The translations under genes were made by a program, and so were the position numbers. From Antedon mediterranea (Eukaryota > Animalia > Echinodermata), in contig NC_092673.1 in the NCBI RefSeq assembly GCF_964355755.1, positions 8,618,001 to 8,682,000 on the forward strand: DNA of 64,000 bases, written 5' to 3'. Shown in pieces: positions 1 to 12,600 of the stretch. Each line of letters opens with the position of its first letter. Position 1 is the stretch's first letter. The notes below the pieces were generated by a model that was given only the letters and a program-made list of their open reading frames with translations, did not search any database and had not been told where the DNA came from.

Positions 1-1321
1 GACAATTTTTATTTCAATCACATGTCTGCTGAATCGGGTGGTCCTGAACACAACTCACACAACACAAACTCATTTCTGTTATTGGTTGCATATTTATTTT
101 TTGTTCCACAGTGCAAAATTAGACATTATTCAAACTATTATTTTTCTGAAGCAGAAAGAAAAGATGGAAATATGAATGGTATATGAACAGACACTTTCAA
201 TTCACCTAGTGGAAAACAGGCTTAATGCTTTATTATGTTGGAAATTGAATCCAATTGATAAACATAGTTGGGTCCACCTTAATGGGGATTCTTCTGTTTG
301 TGTATTTTTTTGTAACTAAATTATGAATTTAGGCATATTCATTTTTTTCCAGATTCTTTTTGAAATTTATTGTACAGTACATTTGTGATATATCAAGATT
401 AAAATTTTAAAAGACAATACTTGTCAATGTATAGTCTCATTCTAATCAATTAGTATTTGACACCACATATTTGAAAACAACAATGCTTTTCTATAGCTAG
501 TTTCCATTCACCATTGTTCATGAGAATCAATGCTCTTCTATAGCACATTTCAACCCCTCCCACTGTGAACATTGCTATTGTTTTAGCTGTCACACCAGTC
601 CCACCCAATTTTCTGCCAATTTCCTGGACTTTCTGCAATCTCATCCCTGAAGACAATCAAAGACATTAAGTTGTTCGAAATGTCGAGAAACTTTATAGTT
701 TCAGAACTACATGGTGTACCGGAAACTTTATATCATCAACATTTTGACTTTGGCATGCAAACCTTCAAACAACATAGAGTACAAGCTTATTTGTATTTAA
801 AGACAACTCTCTCCCTCCCTAAATATGCATAATTTTGTTATATATTACAAATAAATGGACATTAAAGAGTTACTATTAAAAACTCCTTTAGCAAGATACA
901 CATTTTCTTTGCCGTTGGTTAAGTTTCGAAATTTCATATTAATTTCATGTCCGCATTGTCATAAAGTCAGCAAGTTCCTTGTACAGTATAAGAAAATTAA
1001 TTATTTTGGTATTGGATTTGTTTTTCCACATCATCAAGTATTATGATAAGACCTCACACATTTACATATACAAAGCTGTCCTGCTATCAAAAGTTCTATT
1101 TCATGGTAAAAGTTCTACTAATTGTGGTCTAAGACAGAGTTTTGACTTAATATTGGTAAAAAGATATATTTTGCCACACAGGGTTCCGTAGTCCTTTTTT
1201 GATGAAATGAATGTAATTCCACAATGATTCTAAACGGTTTATAACACTCTTTGCCAGTGACATACAACAGATATGCAGCATGTTTTCCATAATAAAGATA
1301 TAGGAGGGTAATAATATAAAT

Positions 1322-1371
1322 CTATTCTTTCTTTTTCTTCTTTCTAAGTAAAATATATGTAGCAAATAAAC
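1322..1371 (-). CDS. DPM2: DPM2 last coding exon (S-LFATYILLRKKKKKE*)
   Basis: Minus-strand acceptor tttttatttcag|GT TTA TTT GCT ACA TAT ATT TTA CTT AGA AAG AAG AAA AAG AAA GAA TAG. The phase completes the AGT codon begun by the previous exon. Resembles the human DPM2 C-terminus (GLFISYVMLK...) and ends in a KKxx-type motif. Confidence 0.9.
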
Positions 1372-1589
1372 CTGAAATAAAAAGGAGAAAAATATTATAA
1401 AGACAGTATTTTGATTTTCAATAGTTATTTGATTAATTTTTTTTTGCATCATCTATAACATCTCATACAAGGACATTTTTCCACCAAGCTTGTCAGGTGT
1501 GGAACATCCAAATAGACCTTGCCTCATTCCCCAATTAATTGTACCATTTCATCACTATACTATATACAATGTGCAAGCCCACTTGGTAA

Positions 1590-1862
1590 GCAATTGATCT
1601 TGGCATGCATATGTATTGTGCATGCAATTGATCTTTGCATGCATATGTATTGTGCATGCAATTGATCTTTGCATGCATATGTATTGTGCATGCAATTGAT
1701 CTTTGCATGCATATGTATTGTGCATGCAATGGATCTTTGCATGCATATGTATTGTGCATGCAATTGATCTTTGCATGCATATGTATTGTGCATGCAATTG
1801 ATCTTTGCATGCATATGTATTGCGCATGCAATTGATCTTTGCATGCATATGTATTGTGCAAA
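1590..1862. repeat. 34-bp minisatellite, ~8 copies, in the last DPM2 intron
   Basis: Unit gcaattgatctttgcatgcatatgtattgtgcat recurs at 1590, 1624, 1658 and onward. It explains the repetitive ORFs at 1535-1861. Confidence 0.95.
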
Positions 1863-1949
1863 TGATTATAGTGTTGACCTCATCATCTGTTAAAAATAAG
1901 GTTTACCTGTTCCAGCGAAAACTCCCTATTAACAATGACAAATACTTAC

Positions 1950-2052
1950 TTAAAAGTAGGAGGACAATGACCCCTGCTATGACTGGAATGATTATAGCAT
2001 ATTCTCTTGGTAGAAAAAATGTTTGTATAATGTGACTTGATTCAACAAATGG
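1950..2052 (-). CDS. DPM2: DPM2 coding exon (PFVESSHIIQTFFLPREYAIIIPVIAGVIVLLLL)
   Basis: 103-nt exon bounded by ttattag| and |gtaagt. The FLPREYA..IP...G motif matches DPM2 (human [27 protein letters not shown]). Confidence 0.95.
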
Positions 2053-2362
2053 CTAATAAAGGTAAAAAAGAAATATGATTAATATCAAACAACTCAAATT
2101 ATTGTGTGTATCAATTACTTTGTTTCATTCATTTAAACACTGGCATTAATTACATATGGGATCTTAAGTTCAGCAATTAGTCTGGTAAAAATATGAAAAT
2201 ATAGGGCCTAACCCCCAAAAAAATTGTAAGAAAATGTTTTTTGGTGTATTACAATAAAATATGGTCTCAAAAAACATATATCAAAAGTTTACCAAAATTT
2301 AGCGTTAAAAAAGATGGCCGTCAATTTTTAAAAATCTGTAACCGCTTGTAGTAGACAGCTGT

Positions 2363-2690
2363 ATTTGGTGTCAAATTATTCAAAATATATATGTTTATAT
2401 TTACACTTTTTGAACATTTTGTTAAAACATGACTGGAAATTCCAGTTTGTGACCTTTGACATATATGGCATGACGTTTATATATCTACATAACTGCAAAT
2501 CACAGAGTCCTGATATTGGTGTCAAAATGTTCAGAACATATTTATATTTACCCTTTTTAAACATTTTGTTGAAACATGACCGGAAATTCCATTTTGTGAC
2601 CTCTGACCCATATATGGCATAAAAAAATGTTCATACTACGTAACTAAAAATCATACAGCCTTGATATTGGTGTCAAAATGATTACCATTT
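2363..2690. repeat. Degenerate ~151-bp direct repeat, ~2.2 copies
   Basis: ttggtgtcaaa...catgacyggaaattcca.tttgtgacct recurs at ~2365, ~2516 and ~2668. Confidence 0.75.
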
Positions 2691-3291
2691 TTAGGATATT
2701 TCCAATCCCGGATCTGCCACTGTAAAGTACATACTGTAACAGAGTACAGAAACTTCAACAAATAATCAGTTCAATTTCAAGCGAATTAATGATCTCTTCA
2801 AACTAATTTCTGTAGTTTCCTGGGTATAGTCCCACTTCAGGTATAATCCAAATCCCAATTTCACGTTCGCGAAGCATTTAAATGCTTTTGATTAAATTTT
2901 TAACACTGGAAAATAGCTTTAGAGGCTATTGGATAGATTATTAGGGAAATTGTTAAACACACAACACTTCGCCGAAGAACTTCTGTATGGTTGTACAGGA
3001 TGTACTGTAAATTTGCCTAAATATATAATTTAGGGTATGAGTAGTTTTGGCATGTAATACAGCAATCAATGATGACTTTGAGTTGTTGTCTTTATGTACA
3101 TTTATTTTAAAATCCTGTCTTGTTATCTTATTATAATTTGAGTAAGAGAGAAGATGGTAAACATACAGAGAATTAAAAACAGAGATATGTTGTACCAAAA
3201 ATCCTAACAATTAGTACTTGAATTGTTGATGAGCTGCTACTAATATTTGTGTAAAACAGGTGCGATATCTATACCTGATAATGTTTATATC

Positions 3292-3437
3292 ATTTTAAGT
3301 AAATTTTCTTTTGGATGATCCAAAGTCGAATAAAATTCGTAAACTTCGAATAAAATTCGTAAACTTACGTTTTAAAAAACGTATGTTTACGAATTTTATT
3401 CAACTTTGGATCATCCAAAAGAAAATTTACTTAAAAT
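3292..3437. repeat. Hairpin, MITE-like inverted repeat
   Basis: attttaagtaaattttcttttggatgatccaaag... pairs with ...ctttggatcatccaaaagaaaatttacttaaaat. The left arm carries a ~20-bp duplication. Confidence 0.8.
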
Positions 3438-3785
3438 ACTATACAGTGATCCAGATGAACCTTTTTACTAATGTTTATATCCCGTATAAATATGTTTTAA
3501 ATAAAAAAATAAATATATGACATATATTAATGATATGACCATGCAATGTAAAATCTTGTGTAAATTGTTATACAACACAATGTCAATGACATAAATGAAA
3601 CTCTGGGCTACACTGAATTTTTTCTTGATTTTTAAAAAGGCTGAATTTATAATATATGAAAATAACAAAATCCCTGTAGTTTTCAATAATAAATTGCTAT
3701 CCATGGCCTTTTTATTCAAGGTTGGTATATTTATTCAATCAAAGAAATCATACAGGAAGCCATTTTAAATATCTAGAGAACCTAC

Positions 3786-3875
3786 CAATAACAATATCCA
3801 GATAGAATAGTAAAGAAATATAACAAGTCCACCTGCAGACATACACATCCCCAACATTTGATCCATTCCTGTGGC
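3786..3875 (-). CDS. DPM2: DPM2 coding exon (ATGMDQMLGMCMSAGGLVIFLYYSIWILLL)
   Basis: 90-nt phase-0 exon, ttgcag|GCC ACA GGA ATG GAT CAA...TTA TTG|gtagg. Matches human [30 protein letters not shown]. Confidence 0.95.
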
Positions 3876-4565
3876 CTGCAATATAAAAAACACATTTTAA
3901 TTAATTTCGACACAATATAACTTTTGACAAAGGTAGTAGTTACCACAGCCAAGGTTATGCACTTGTCAATTGTATGACCCACTATACGACCCCCGGGAGA
4001 GGTGGGTATGTCATTTACAAATAATTATTGATGCAGGGGTGTGTCAAAACCTAGATGGTACGTCACATCAATGAACAATGGTGGTGTCAATGTCAATGTC
4101 CGTCACTTTACTACCCACCACCCATGATAAACAACAGGCGTCACAATGTGTGCGTCATGATCACCTAAATGTAAGTCATATTTTTGACATACGGGTGTGT
4201 CATGGTATTCATAATGTATGATGCACATAGGACTCATTTTCACCCACTGCTTGTGTGTGTGTGCGAATAGCATCCCCGCCACAGATTTTATAATATCCGA
4301 ACTATGACTTAAAATCTCGCCAGAATTCAATGTTAACAAGTGGTCAACGTCACAATCCACAAAATACTATTTATTAATATTTACCACTTACAGGTCAAAG
4401 TTTTCATCCAAATCTTGCTACTTCGGCTACAATGATCTACGATGAATCATCTCCGAGTAGTTTAGTTTTAAAGAGACAGGGTCAAGGTTACAATACTCAA
4501 GCAAATATTTGTTTTTTATATTTCAATGTTTACATGTTGCAGTGTTCAGGAAGTATGATTATGTA

Positions 4566-4866
4566 AGTATGAGTCCTGAAATCCCCTGAAAAGGCCATGT
4601 TGATCATAGACCAACTTAATCCAAGTGGTAGATTGAGGCTCCTCAGGGTGAAAACAAATCGATTTGCTAAATCCTTTATTCCCTCCGGTATCATCCAGTA
4701 CAACAGGAAGTCAAGAAGATAATTTTATCTTGTAATTTTTTAGATGTTTTTATATGAATGGTTTTATGCTATATTTGTTTTTATTGTGTTTTCTTTGTTA
4801 TTATGACGAGCTATGAATTTCCTTTTTGAGGATCAATAAAAGTTATCTTATCTTATCTTATCTTAT
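4566..4866 (+). mobile_element. 3' fragment of a Rex1/Babar-type LINE
   Basis: Translates PSGRLRLLRVKTNRFAKSFIPSGIIQYNRKSRR*, followed by AATAAA and a (TCTTA)n tail. 5' boundary approximate. Confidence 0.7.
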
Positions 4867-6444
4867 GTTATTTTTGTTTTTACGCTCGGCTGGTTACGAC
4901 TGTGTCATCTATGCAAGATGGCTTCCATAGCCAAAATCGTCTATTTGAATCGCGACAGCAATGATCGGTTATTAAATAACAATAGACATATAACTTGTTA
5001 ATAAATGCAAAATGATCAAACACTCATTGTCTTACAACGCTGCTTCTTTTAAACTAATCTATACGAAGGCCTATACATTTATTATATTATCCTAAAAATG
5101 AGCTGGTATCCACTCCAAAAATATTCGTAATTGTGGCTCTGGTAACTAATTTTAAATCATATTAAATTAACATTTTCTAAACTAAATCATGGATAATCTT
5201 TTTAGAACTTTCAAACAAGAAACTATTTTTTTAATGATTTTCAAATAGCACATTACTCCATTAAAACCTGTAAAATAAAAATTAAAACACAAATTATGTA
5301 TATTATAGTATAAACATTATAATGTATACGACATTTAGCGCGACCACAGTAACAACGCGATCGATATCAATCGCAACCGATATGATTAAAACAGCGTACT
5401 AACTACTAAGCCTAGCGGCGGCTCTTCATGCCGAAATAAAACTGTGGAAATAAAACCGTTGGTGACTTTACGATGGGGCGACTTTGCGATGGGGCGACTT
5501 TGCGATGGGGCGACTTTGCGTTGGGGCGACTTTGCGTTGGGGCGACTTTGCGTTGGGGCGACTTTGCGTTGGGGCGACTTTGCGTTGGGGCGATGTCACG
5601 CCAAATGAGGTACCACTGCCAAATGAGGTACCGCACTTAATTTGGCGTCTAAGGCGCCAAATTAGGTACTATTGCAAAATGAAGTTCTATTGTAATTTTG
5701 TAAAATACAGTCTATATAAAACAAACATATTTAAGCCAGTATTAAACTACAATATATATTCTGTGTTGTTACGCCTGTTATTAGATCAAGCTATTACATT
5801 AAATTAAATTTAAAGCAGAAAATAGTTATCCTTTTTTGATTTTCGTCGAATAGATCGAAGCGGAAGTGCTTCGGTCATGGTCCGCAAATTATATGATACG
5901 CCTTGTGTGCCAAAATGTTTTTACTGCTTTTAGTTGAATCACCGCGTGTACAGTTAAAACCAATAGATTGTGCTGCAGTGCAGATTGTCTGTACAGTAAT
6001 GTGGGCTGTCTGCTTGGGGGTCTGTCTATCAAGGTACAACATTTCAACGAAGCCAATTCAATATTTTCATTCTGTTTTAATATCTGTAGAATGCGTTGTC
6101 ATTTATTCTGAAACTAATACTGTAGGCCTATATACCGTAATCAGGCGGTATTATTAAGGCTAGCTCACGTACAGCAGAATTCACGTAGAATTATGTGGTG
6201 TTGTTGCTTGATTGTAAATTGCCCAGATTCTTCATTAGAAAAGAACTGATCAATTTGAATTGAATTAAGGTTAATTCTAACTGATATAAGGAGTCTTTAG
6301 AACAGATATTAAGATGTCCTCTATAAACGGAGTCCTCACAAACTCATATAAGAGGTCCTCTTGTAAAATCAGGTTCCCGTCGAATTTATTTTAGATAAGT
6401 AACTATATTATCATGGATTTTGTACCCACCATTCCATCGATAGC

Positions 6445-7009
6445 TTTTTTTTTTTCTCTTTTGTGGCGCAAACACCACTTTTATCCACATTCATATATTA
6501 TCTCATGTCATTACATAAAATCATATTATTTAACACATTTGTTAATTCCCAATGTCGTTACAATTCATCAGTAACATTTTTACATTTATGAATTCCGTAT
6601 TGCCTCCTATTTTCATTAATGATCTTCGTTTTAAAATATTTTACACATAAAGAATTTGTGAGATTTTCAATTGTTTGTTTTAATTTTACAACCCGGATTA
6701 TACAATGTATTTATATACAAGATAAAACGAATTAAATCAGATCAGCACCACCTGTAACTCGTATCACAGTGAATTCTTTTCTGATAATCGAGCAAATTAG
6801 AATTTATATTAACATAATAGTATTTCTTAAAGCTACCCATTTTTCTATACTTGTTTCTTTATTGTTATATCTTTCACATTCAATGTTATACTGTATAGCA
6901 TATTGCTTTTAAATGAATTCCATAAAGATTTACCCACTGGCTTATTTAATGCTGATTTATTCTATAAATAGTGAAGGCTGCAAATGTGTAAATATAGGCC
7001 TAATCTACT
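6445..7009 (-). mobile_element. L1/Tx1-like LINE 3' fragment with poly(A)
   Basis: Poly-T at ~6445. Flanking attccatcgat(at)agc duplication at ~6431 and ~7010. Remnant peptide FTIYR...LWNSFK and a 3' end similar to the Tx1 copy at 51307. Confidence 0.65.
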
Positions 7010-7937
7010 ATTCCATCGATATAGCTAATTAAATTACTGTATGTCAATAAATAAAAAATATTAACTTACAGTATATGTAGCATCCCATTCTCATCACCCC
7101 ACAAAGTATAAAAGTGCATGCATGTTCCATATTATGTACGACGTATGAATTGATGGAACGAACAATCGAGATGAAAATAACGCATGCAATCTCCATTGCA
7201 AAATTAGTTCCATTTAAGTATAAATTCTAATATTCCCGACCTCAAAATAATTAGTGTTATAACTACGGTAACTGTATTTAGCTTCCTAGAATTTCGTCCA
7301 CCCCTCCGAACATGCTTTCAACATCGTATGAACAAACAAGGTGACCGACTTCATTGCAAAATTAGGTTCCATTGCATTATTGCGAATTTAAGGTTGTTTC
7401 CGACTTCGAAGTAATACTTACTTAGAATTTCGCTCACCACCCCATTCCCATCCAAACTTGTTTCCCACATCGTAATATGAACAAACGAGATGACGACTTT
7501 ATTACAAAATTACGTTCAATTATTTGCGAATTCACGTTGTGTTCCCAACCTTAAAATAACTGTATCATGTATTTAGCTTGCTTAGAATTTCGCTCACCAC
7601 ATTCCCATCCAAACTGTTTCTCACATCGATATGAACAAATGAGATGACAACTTCATTGCACAATTATGATCCATTATTGCGAATTTATGTTCAAATGTTT
7701 CCGACATCAAGGTAAAAAGTACCAGCTGAATAAAATATCTAACATATTGCAAAATTAGTCTCTATTATTGGGAATGTTTCCGACATCAAATATTGTTAAA
7801 ACTTGATGAAAATGCTGAACTAATTAGGTACCATTATTTATTTATTGTGATATGCATGTTCAACTGTTACATTCTATTACGGTACGTGACATGAAAAGAT
7901 TGATAACAAAAGAGAACAAGGCAATATCTCATCTTTT

Positions 7938-8010
7938 AACATTTAGATAATGGAACCAAATTTTGCAATAAAGACTTTATTGCAAAATTTGGTTCCATTA
8001 TCTAAATGTT
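7938..8010. repeat. Perfect palindrome, 36-bp arms, 1-nt spacer
   Basis: aacatttagataatggaaccaaattttgcaataaag-a-ctttattgcaaaatttggttccattatctaaatgtt. Confidence 0.95.
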
Positions 8011-9203
8011 TCCGACCTTATGAGTTATTGTTTTGATGAAACAATATGATGAATTTCCCCTCGACTACCTTTAGGCCTACCATCCCTTATTTATTTATTT
8101 ATTATAGGTCACACACACATGTGTAACAAATGAGATGATGAAATTATAACAAATATCCAACTAACAATTTGCGACTTAGGTTCGCCATAGTATTGCAAAT
8201 TTATGTTTTAATGTTTCAGACATCAAAGGAAATATAGTCTTATACTGTAGGTATAATAAGTGACAAAAATGTGATCATGTAACTAATATTTTTAAAGAAC
8301 TTATAAATAAAAAACATAGGCCTAAATAACATTGGTCATATACATTTAAAAAAACGGAATTGATTAAAATAGTAAGCAATGTTAAACAAAAAAATATATA
8401 TAATAATCAGTAGAATAACAGGATACATTCATATTCAACGAATAATCATTTTAATTTGAAAACATAAACATAGAAATTCATAAAACCGAACAAAATAATA
8501 ACGGGAATCATGTACCGACAAAAGGAACGTCAAATCAAATTATTACTAGAAAATAATGCAGCAATAGCGTCCCATAACTCAAACACTAAACGCTTTAGCG
8601 CCAAAGGCAAATTGTCCCAGACCATGTCCGCATAACATGCAGACGTGACTTCAGACACTTTCCTTTGGCGCTAAAACGAGTAGTCTCCTTTTCCAGCTGC
8701 TTAGAAAGGGGTCGGTAGGCTTCCCATCATGCATTTCGAGTTTTCTAGATTTTTCGATGAACAGTGCCTTTCGTTTTTTACACTAAAATAGTAAATTGTC
8801 GTCGTATGTTTCAGTTATAATGGTTTAATTTCATACAATGAGTAAAGGTTATTAGGTTAGAAATACTTCGGTTAATAATTTTCAGTTTGTGTTTATTTGG
8901 AAATAAGTAATATCAATATTTATAACACGATTAGCTCGCCAGAAACGTGCTGCCAAATTAAGTGACCTAGCCTTGTGCGATACAGGCCACGCGAACCTCA
9001 TTTGGCAATGTCACTTCATTTGGCGTTACAGGCGACTTGACTGGATCCCGACTTAAAGTCCAAAGTCACTTTGTATTGGGCGACTTTGCGATGGGGCGGC
9101 AGTGTAGGCCTAGTAGACTAGTACTACTACTAGGGCTAGGCCTACCAGGCTAGAAGAGGTAGCATAATAATAGGGCCTGCTGGCTAGCCTACTAGCTAGG
9201 CCT

Positions 9204-9380
9204 TGTGGTAGTATGCAATATCGATCTAGCGCCACCTAGCGGGGATCGAGAGAGGGTTTTAACATGGACGCGAGTCACGATAGTTGATATGTTGAATAAA
9301 TGTTATTTGGATTGTGTTTAACGGTAGTCCTATGTACGTCTGTTTGAGTACAGTGTAGCGACAACAAACAAAACATAATA
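9204..9380 (+). repeat. 5' LTR (TGTGG...TAATA)
   Basis: Identical by eye to 13945-14121. Contains AATAAA at 9295-9300. Confidence 0.95.
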
Positions 9381-9394
9381 TGGTGTCAGAAGTG
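9381..9394 (+). promoter_or_regulatory. Primer-binding site, tRNA-Leu(CAA)
   Basis: TGGTGTCAGAAGTG abuts the LTR and is complementary to the tRNA-Leu 3' end ...CACTTCTGACACCA. Confidence 0.85.
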
Positions 9395-9639
9395 TGTCTG
9401 AATCGACTCATCCAACGCTCAGAAAGGTCAGTAACGATCGATTTCCGAGATACCTACCCCAGCGGTAGCCTAGCCCAGCGAGAATAGCGAGAGCGGTTGA
9501 ACGCTCACACAACGACGCACGACAGCGGACGATTGTAAACAAGTTGCATAGCAACCACAACGCAGTAAACCGCACAGCCTAGCCTAGGAATTAAAGAGAT
9601 TTGAACTCCGTAAGTTATTCAGTAATTATAAGAATAATT

Positions 9640-12600
9640 ATGGCAACGTTCATAAAGCCACCTGAAACATTAATTGTAGATGGCAGTAATCCATCACACG
9701 CATGGAACAAGTGGAAGAGGAAATTTGAGATTTACCTCAAAGCAACAGGGAACTCAAAGAAAGAAACCGAAATCAAAGTAGGTCTGTTGCTAAACTGTAT
9801 AGGCGATAACAGCATTGACATCTACACAAATTTTAAATTCAAGCCTGCAATGCAAAATCCAGAAAATGAAGAAGAAATCCCAGCTGAGGATCCGAACGAC
9901 TACACAGTCATAATGAACAAATTTGACGAACACTTTTCTCGGCGCGACCCACAACTAATGTTACGGCAACGGTTCTGGCATCACTTACAGCGAGAACCAG
10001 GCCAGTCATTTGATTCATGGGTCACAACGGTGAAAGAAAGGGCGGCAGAGTGTAAATTCCCAAAGGAATTTCAAGAAGAAGCAGTTAGAGACAAATTAAC
10101 ATTTTCGTGTACTAACGACTGCTACAAGCTGAAATTATACGACGAGGGTGCAAAGTTATCCTTGACTAAAACTACTAGAATCCTTGCACTGAAAGAGGCA
10201 ACTAGTCAAGAACTCCAGAAGTCTAAAACCGCAACCATTGACCAAGTCCGACCTAAAACAAAGCCGAGACCAGCAACGCAGGGGCAAACCAAGAAACAAT
10301 ACTCACACAACAAGGCAGCCCGCCCACAAACGAATGAGGGGAAATGTCAGAAATGTGGATATTGTGGAAAATCTCACCCATATGGAAAACAGAACTGTCC
10401 AGCAAAATCAGCAACTTGTAATGCATGCGGAAAAACTGGTCACTATAAGGTAGTGTGTAGATCAACTGCAAGCCGATCAAGCAGAGTCAACCAAGTCGAT
10501 GACGAACACCCTTTCCTGATAAGTGGTGTTAGTGTCCAACAAGTTAACAGGTCACAGTTGAAAGACGCACACAAACAACCTGGATGGCACATCAAACTCA
10601 GAGCAGCCGATCAAGAACTGTCATGGTGTATTGATACCGGTGCACAAGTTTCAGTGATGCCAAATATAGTGTATCAAAACCGATTCGGAGATATGTTCCC
10701 AACCGACAAGACGCTAGTGGGTACAGGCGATACACCACTGAAAACACGAGGATTTGTGGACATGAAGCTGAAACAACAACATGGAAACAACTCGGAGATA
10801 GAAGAAAGAGTATATATAGTCGAGAACGCAACAACACTACTGCTAGGAGTTCCAGCAATTCGCAACCTTGGACTGATCCATGAGATACCAGGAACCTATA
10901 GTGTGAAAGCAGTTGACGTCAATTCTCCAATTACAAAGGAGAAAATAAAGGAAGAATACCCAGGACTATTCAGAGGCCTTGGTAAATTAGACGGTGAATA
11001 CACCATCAAACTGAAAGAAGATACCAAACCATTTTGCCTTACAACACCAAGAAGAATTGCCCTACCACTGCTTGAAAAGACAAAGGCAGAGTTAGAGAGG
11101 ATGGTGCAACTTGAAGTTATCGAACCAATCGATGAACCAACCGACTGGTGCGCACCTATAGTTGTGGTGCCGAAGCAAAATGGAGATGTACGAATTTGTG
11201 TTGACTTAACGAAGCTGAATCAGTCAGTACGAAGAGAACTATATCATATGCCAAAGGTAGAAGAGACACTTGGTAAGGTGGCGAATGGAACAGTGTTCTC
11301 AAAACTCGATGCAAACTCAGGGTTTCACCAGGTGAAGCTGAGCCTAGAAAGCACAAAATTAACTACCTTCATTACACCTTTTGGGAGGTATGTGTTTAAA
11401 CGTCTTCCTTATGGGATATCGTCAGCACCGGAGTACTTCCAAAAGCAGATGGACCGAGAGCTGAGAGGTCTAGAAGGTGTTGTATGTCATATGGACGACA
11501 TTCTGATCACTGGCAGCAATCAGACAGAGCACGACAATAGGCTCAATGCAGTACTGAAGAGATTAGACAAAAGTGGTCTAACTCTAAATAGTGCGAAATG
11601 CAAATTCTCTCAGACGAAACTGGATTACTTGGGCCAGATAATCGATGGTGAAGGATTGAGAAAAGACCCAAAGAAAATCGAAGCAATTATGAAAATGCAA
11701 CCACCCACCAATGTCACAGAACTCAGACAGTTCCTAGGAATGGTAAACCAACAGATGAAATTCGTTCCTAACCTGGCAGAGACCACCAAACCATTACGGG
11801 ATCTCATGAAGAAGGAAAATGAATGGGTTTGGGACCAAGCTCAACAAGAAACATTCGTCAAGATACAGAATGAACTAAGCTCAGACAGAGTACTGAAACT
11901 CTACAGCACCACAAAAGAAACCGTTATATCAGCCGATGCGAGCAGTTTTGGACTAGGTGCTGTGCTTCTACAGAAACAAGAAAATGGCGAGCTGAGACCA
12001 GTAGCCTATGCAAGTAGATCCATGACGGCAACGGAACGCAGATATGCACAGATCGAAAAAGAAGCACTTGCCACCACATGGTCACTTGAACATTGGGCCG
12101 ATCTGTTAGTGGGACTCAAGTTTAGAGTCCAAACCGACCACAAACCACTGGTTCCACTTTTCTCTACCAAGAACATTGACGAACTCCCTATACGAGTTCA
12201 GAGATTCCGAATGCGTCTGATGAGGTTTAACTTTGATATAAACCATGTGCCCGGGAAGCTATTATACACAGCCGATGCACTGTCAAGATCGCCGAGGCAC
12301 AAAGAAAGACGTGCAAACGAAGAGATCGACCGTGAAGAAAAGTTAAGGAATGAGGTAGAATGTTTCGTAAACAGCGTGATGGTGACTCTACCAGCATCAG
12401 ACAAGAGACTGGAGGAGATAAGGTCAGAACTGCGAAAAGATGACACTCTAAAAATGGTGATGTACCATGTTCAAGAAGGATGGAACGAGAAATCAGAGGC
12501 ATCCGGCTATCTGCACAGCTACTGGAAAGAAAGAGGTAGCCTTTCTGTACATGAAGGCCTCCTCCTAAAGAGCAAACGTCTAGTAATCCCTCCAAAACTC

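Larger units (their letters stand above)
5594..9030. mobile_element. Non-autonomous TGT...ACA TIR element (Ginger2/Tdd-like), 5-bp TSD GGCGA
   Basis: Left end tgtcacgccaaatgaggtaccactgccaaatgaggt; reverse complement of right end tgtaacgccaaatgaagtgacattgccaaatgaggt. GGCGA at 5589-5593 and 9031-9035. Degenerate internal repeats at ~7140-8220. Confidence 0.8.
5459..9098. repeat. 16-bp GGGGCGACTTTGCGTT array (subterminal repeats of a TIR element), interrupted by the 5594-9030 element
   Basis: About 8 units at 5459-5593. The array resumes at 9031 (ggcgacttgactggatccc) with a further unit near 9077-9098. Confidence 0.7.

Noticed and set aside
450-1310. 68-aa minus-strand ORF with an AG acceptor and a faint death-domain look, downstream of DPM2
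   Set aside because: No recognisable motif without invoking frameshifts; it may simply be 3' UTR or intergenic. An HMM search would be needed.
1535-1861. His/Cys-rich repetitive ORFs, and a CRISPR-like first impression
   Set aside because: Translations of a 34-bp minisatellite with no unique spacers, in a eukaryotic intron.
9601-9639. ORF-track start at TTG 9601
   Set aside because: Eukaryotic element; the first in-frame ATG is at 9640.
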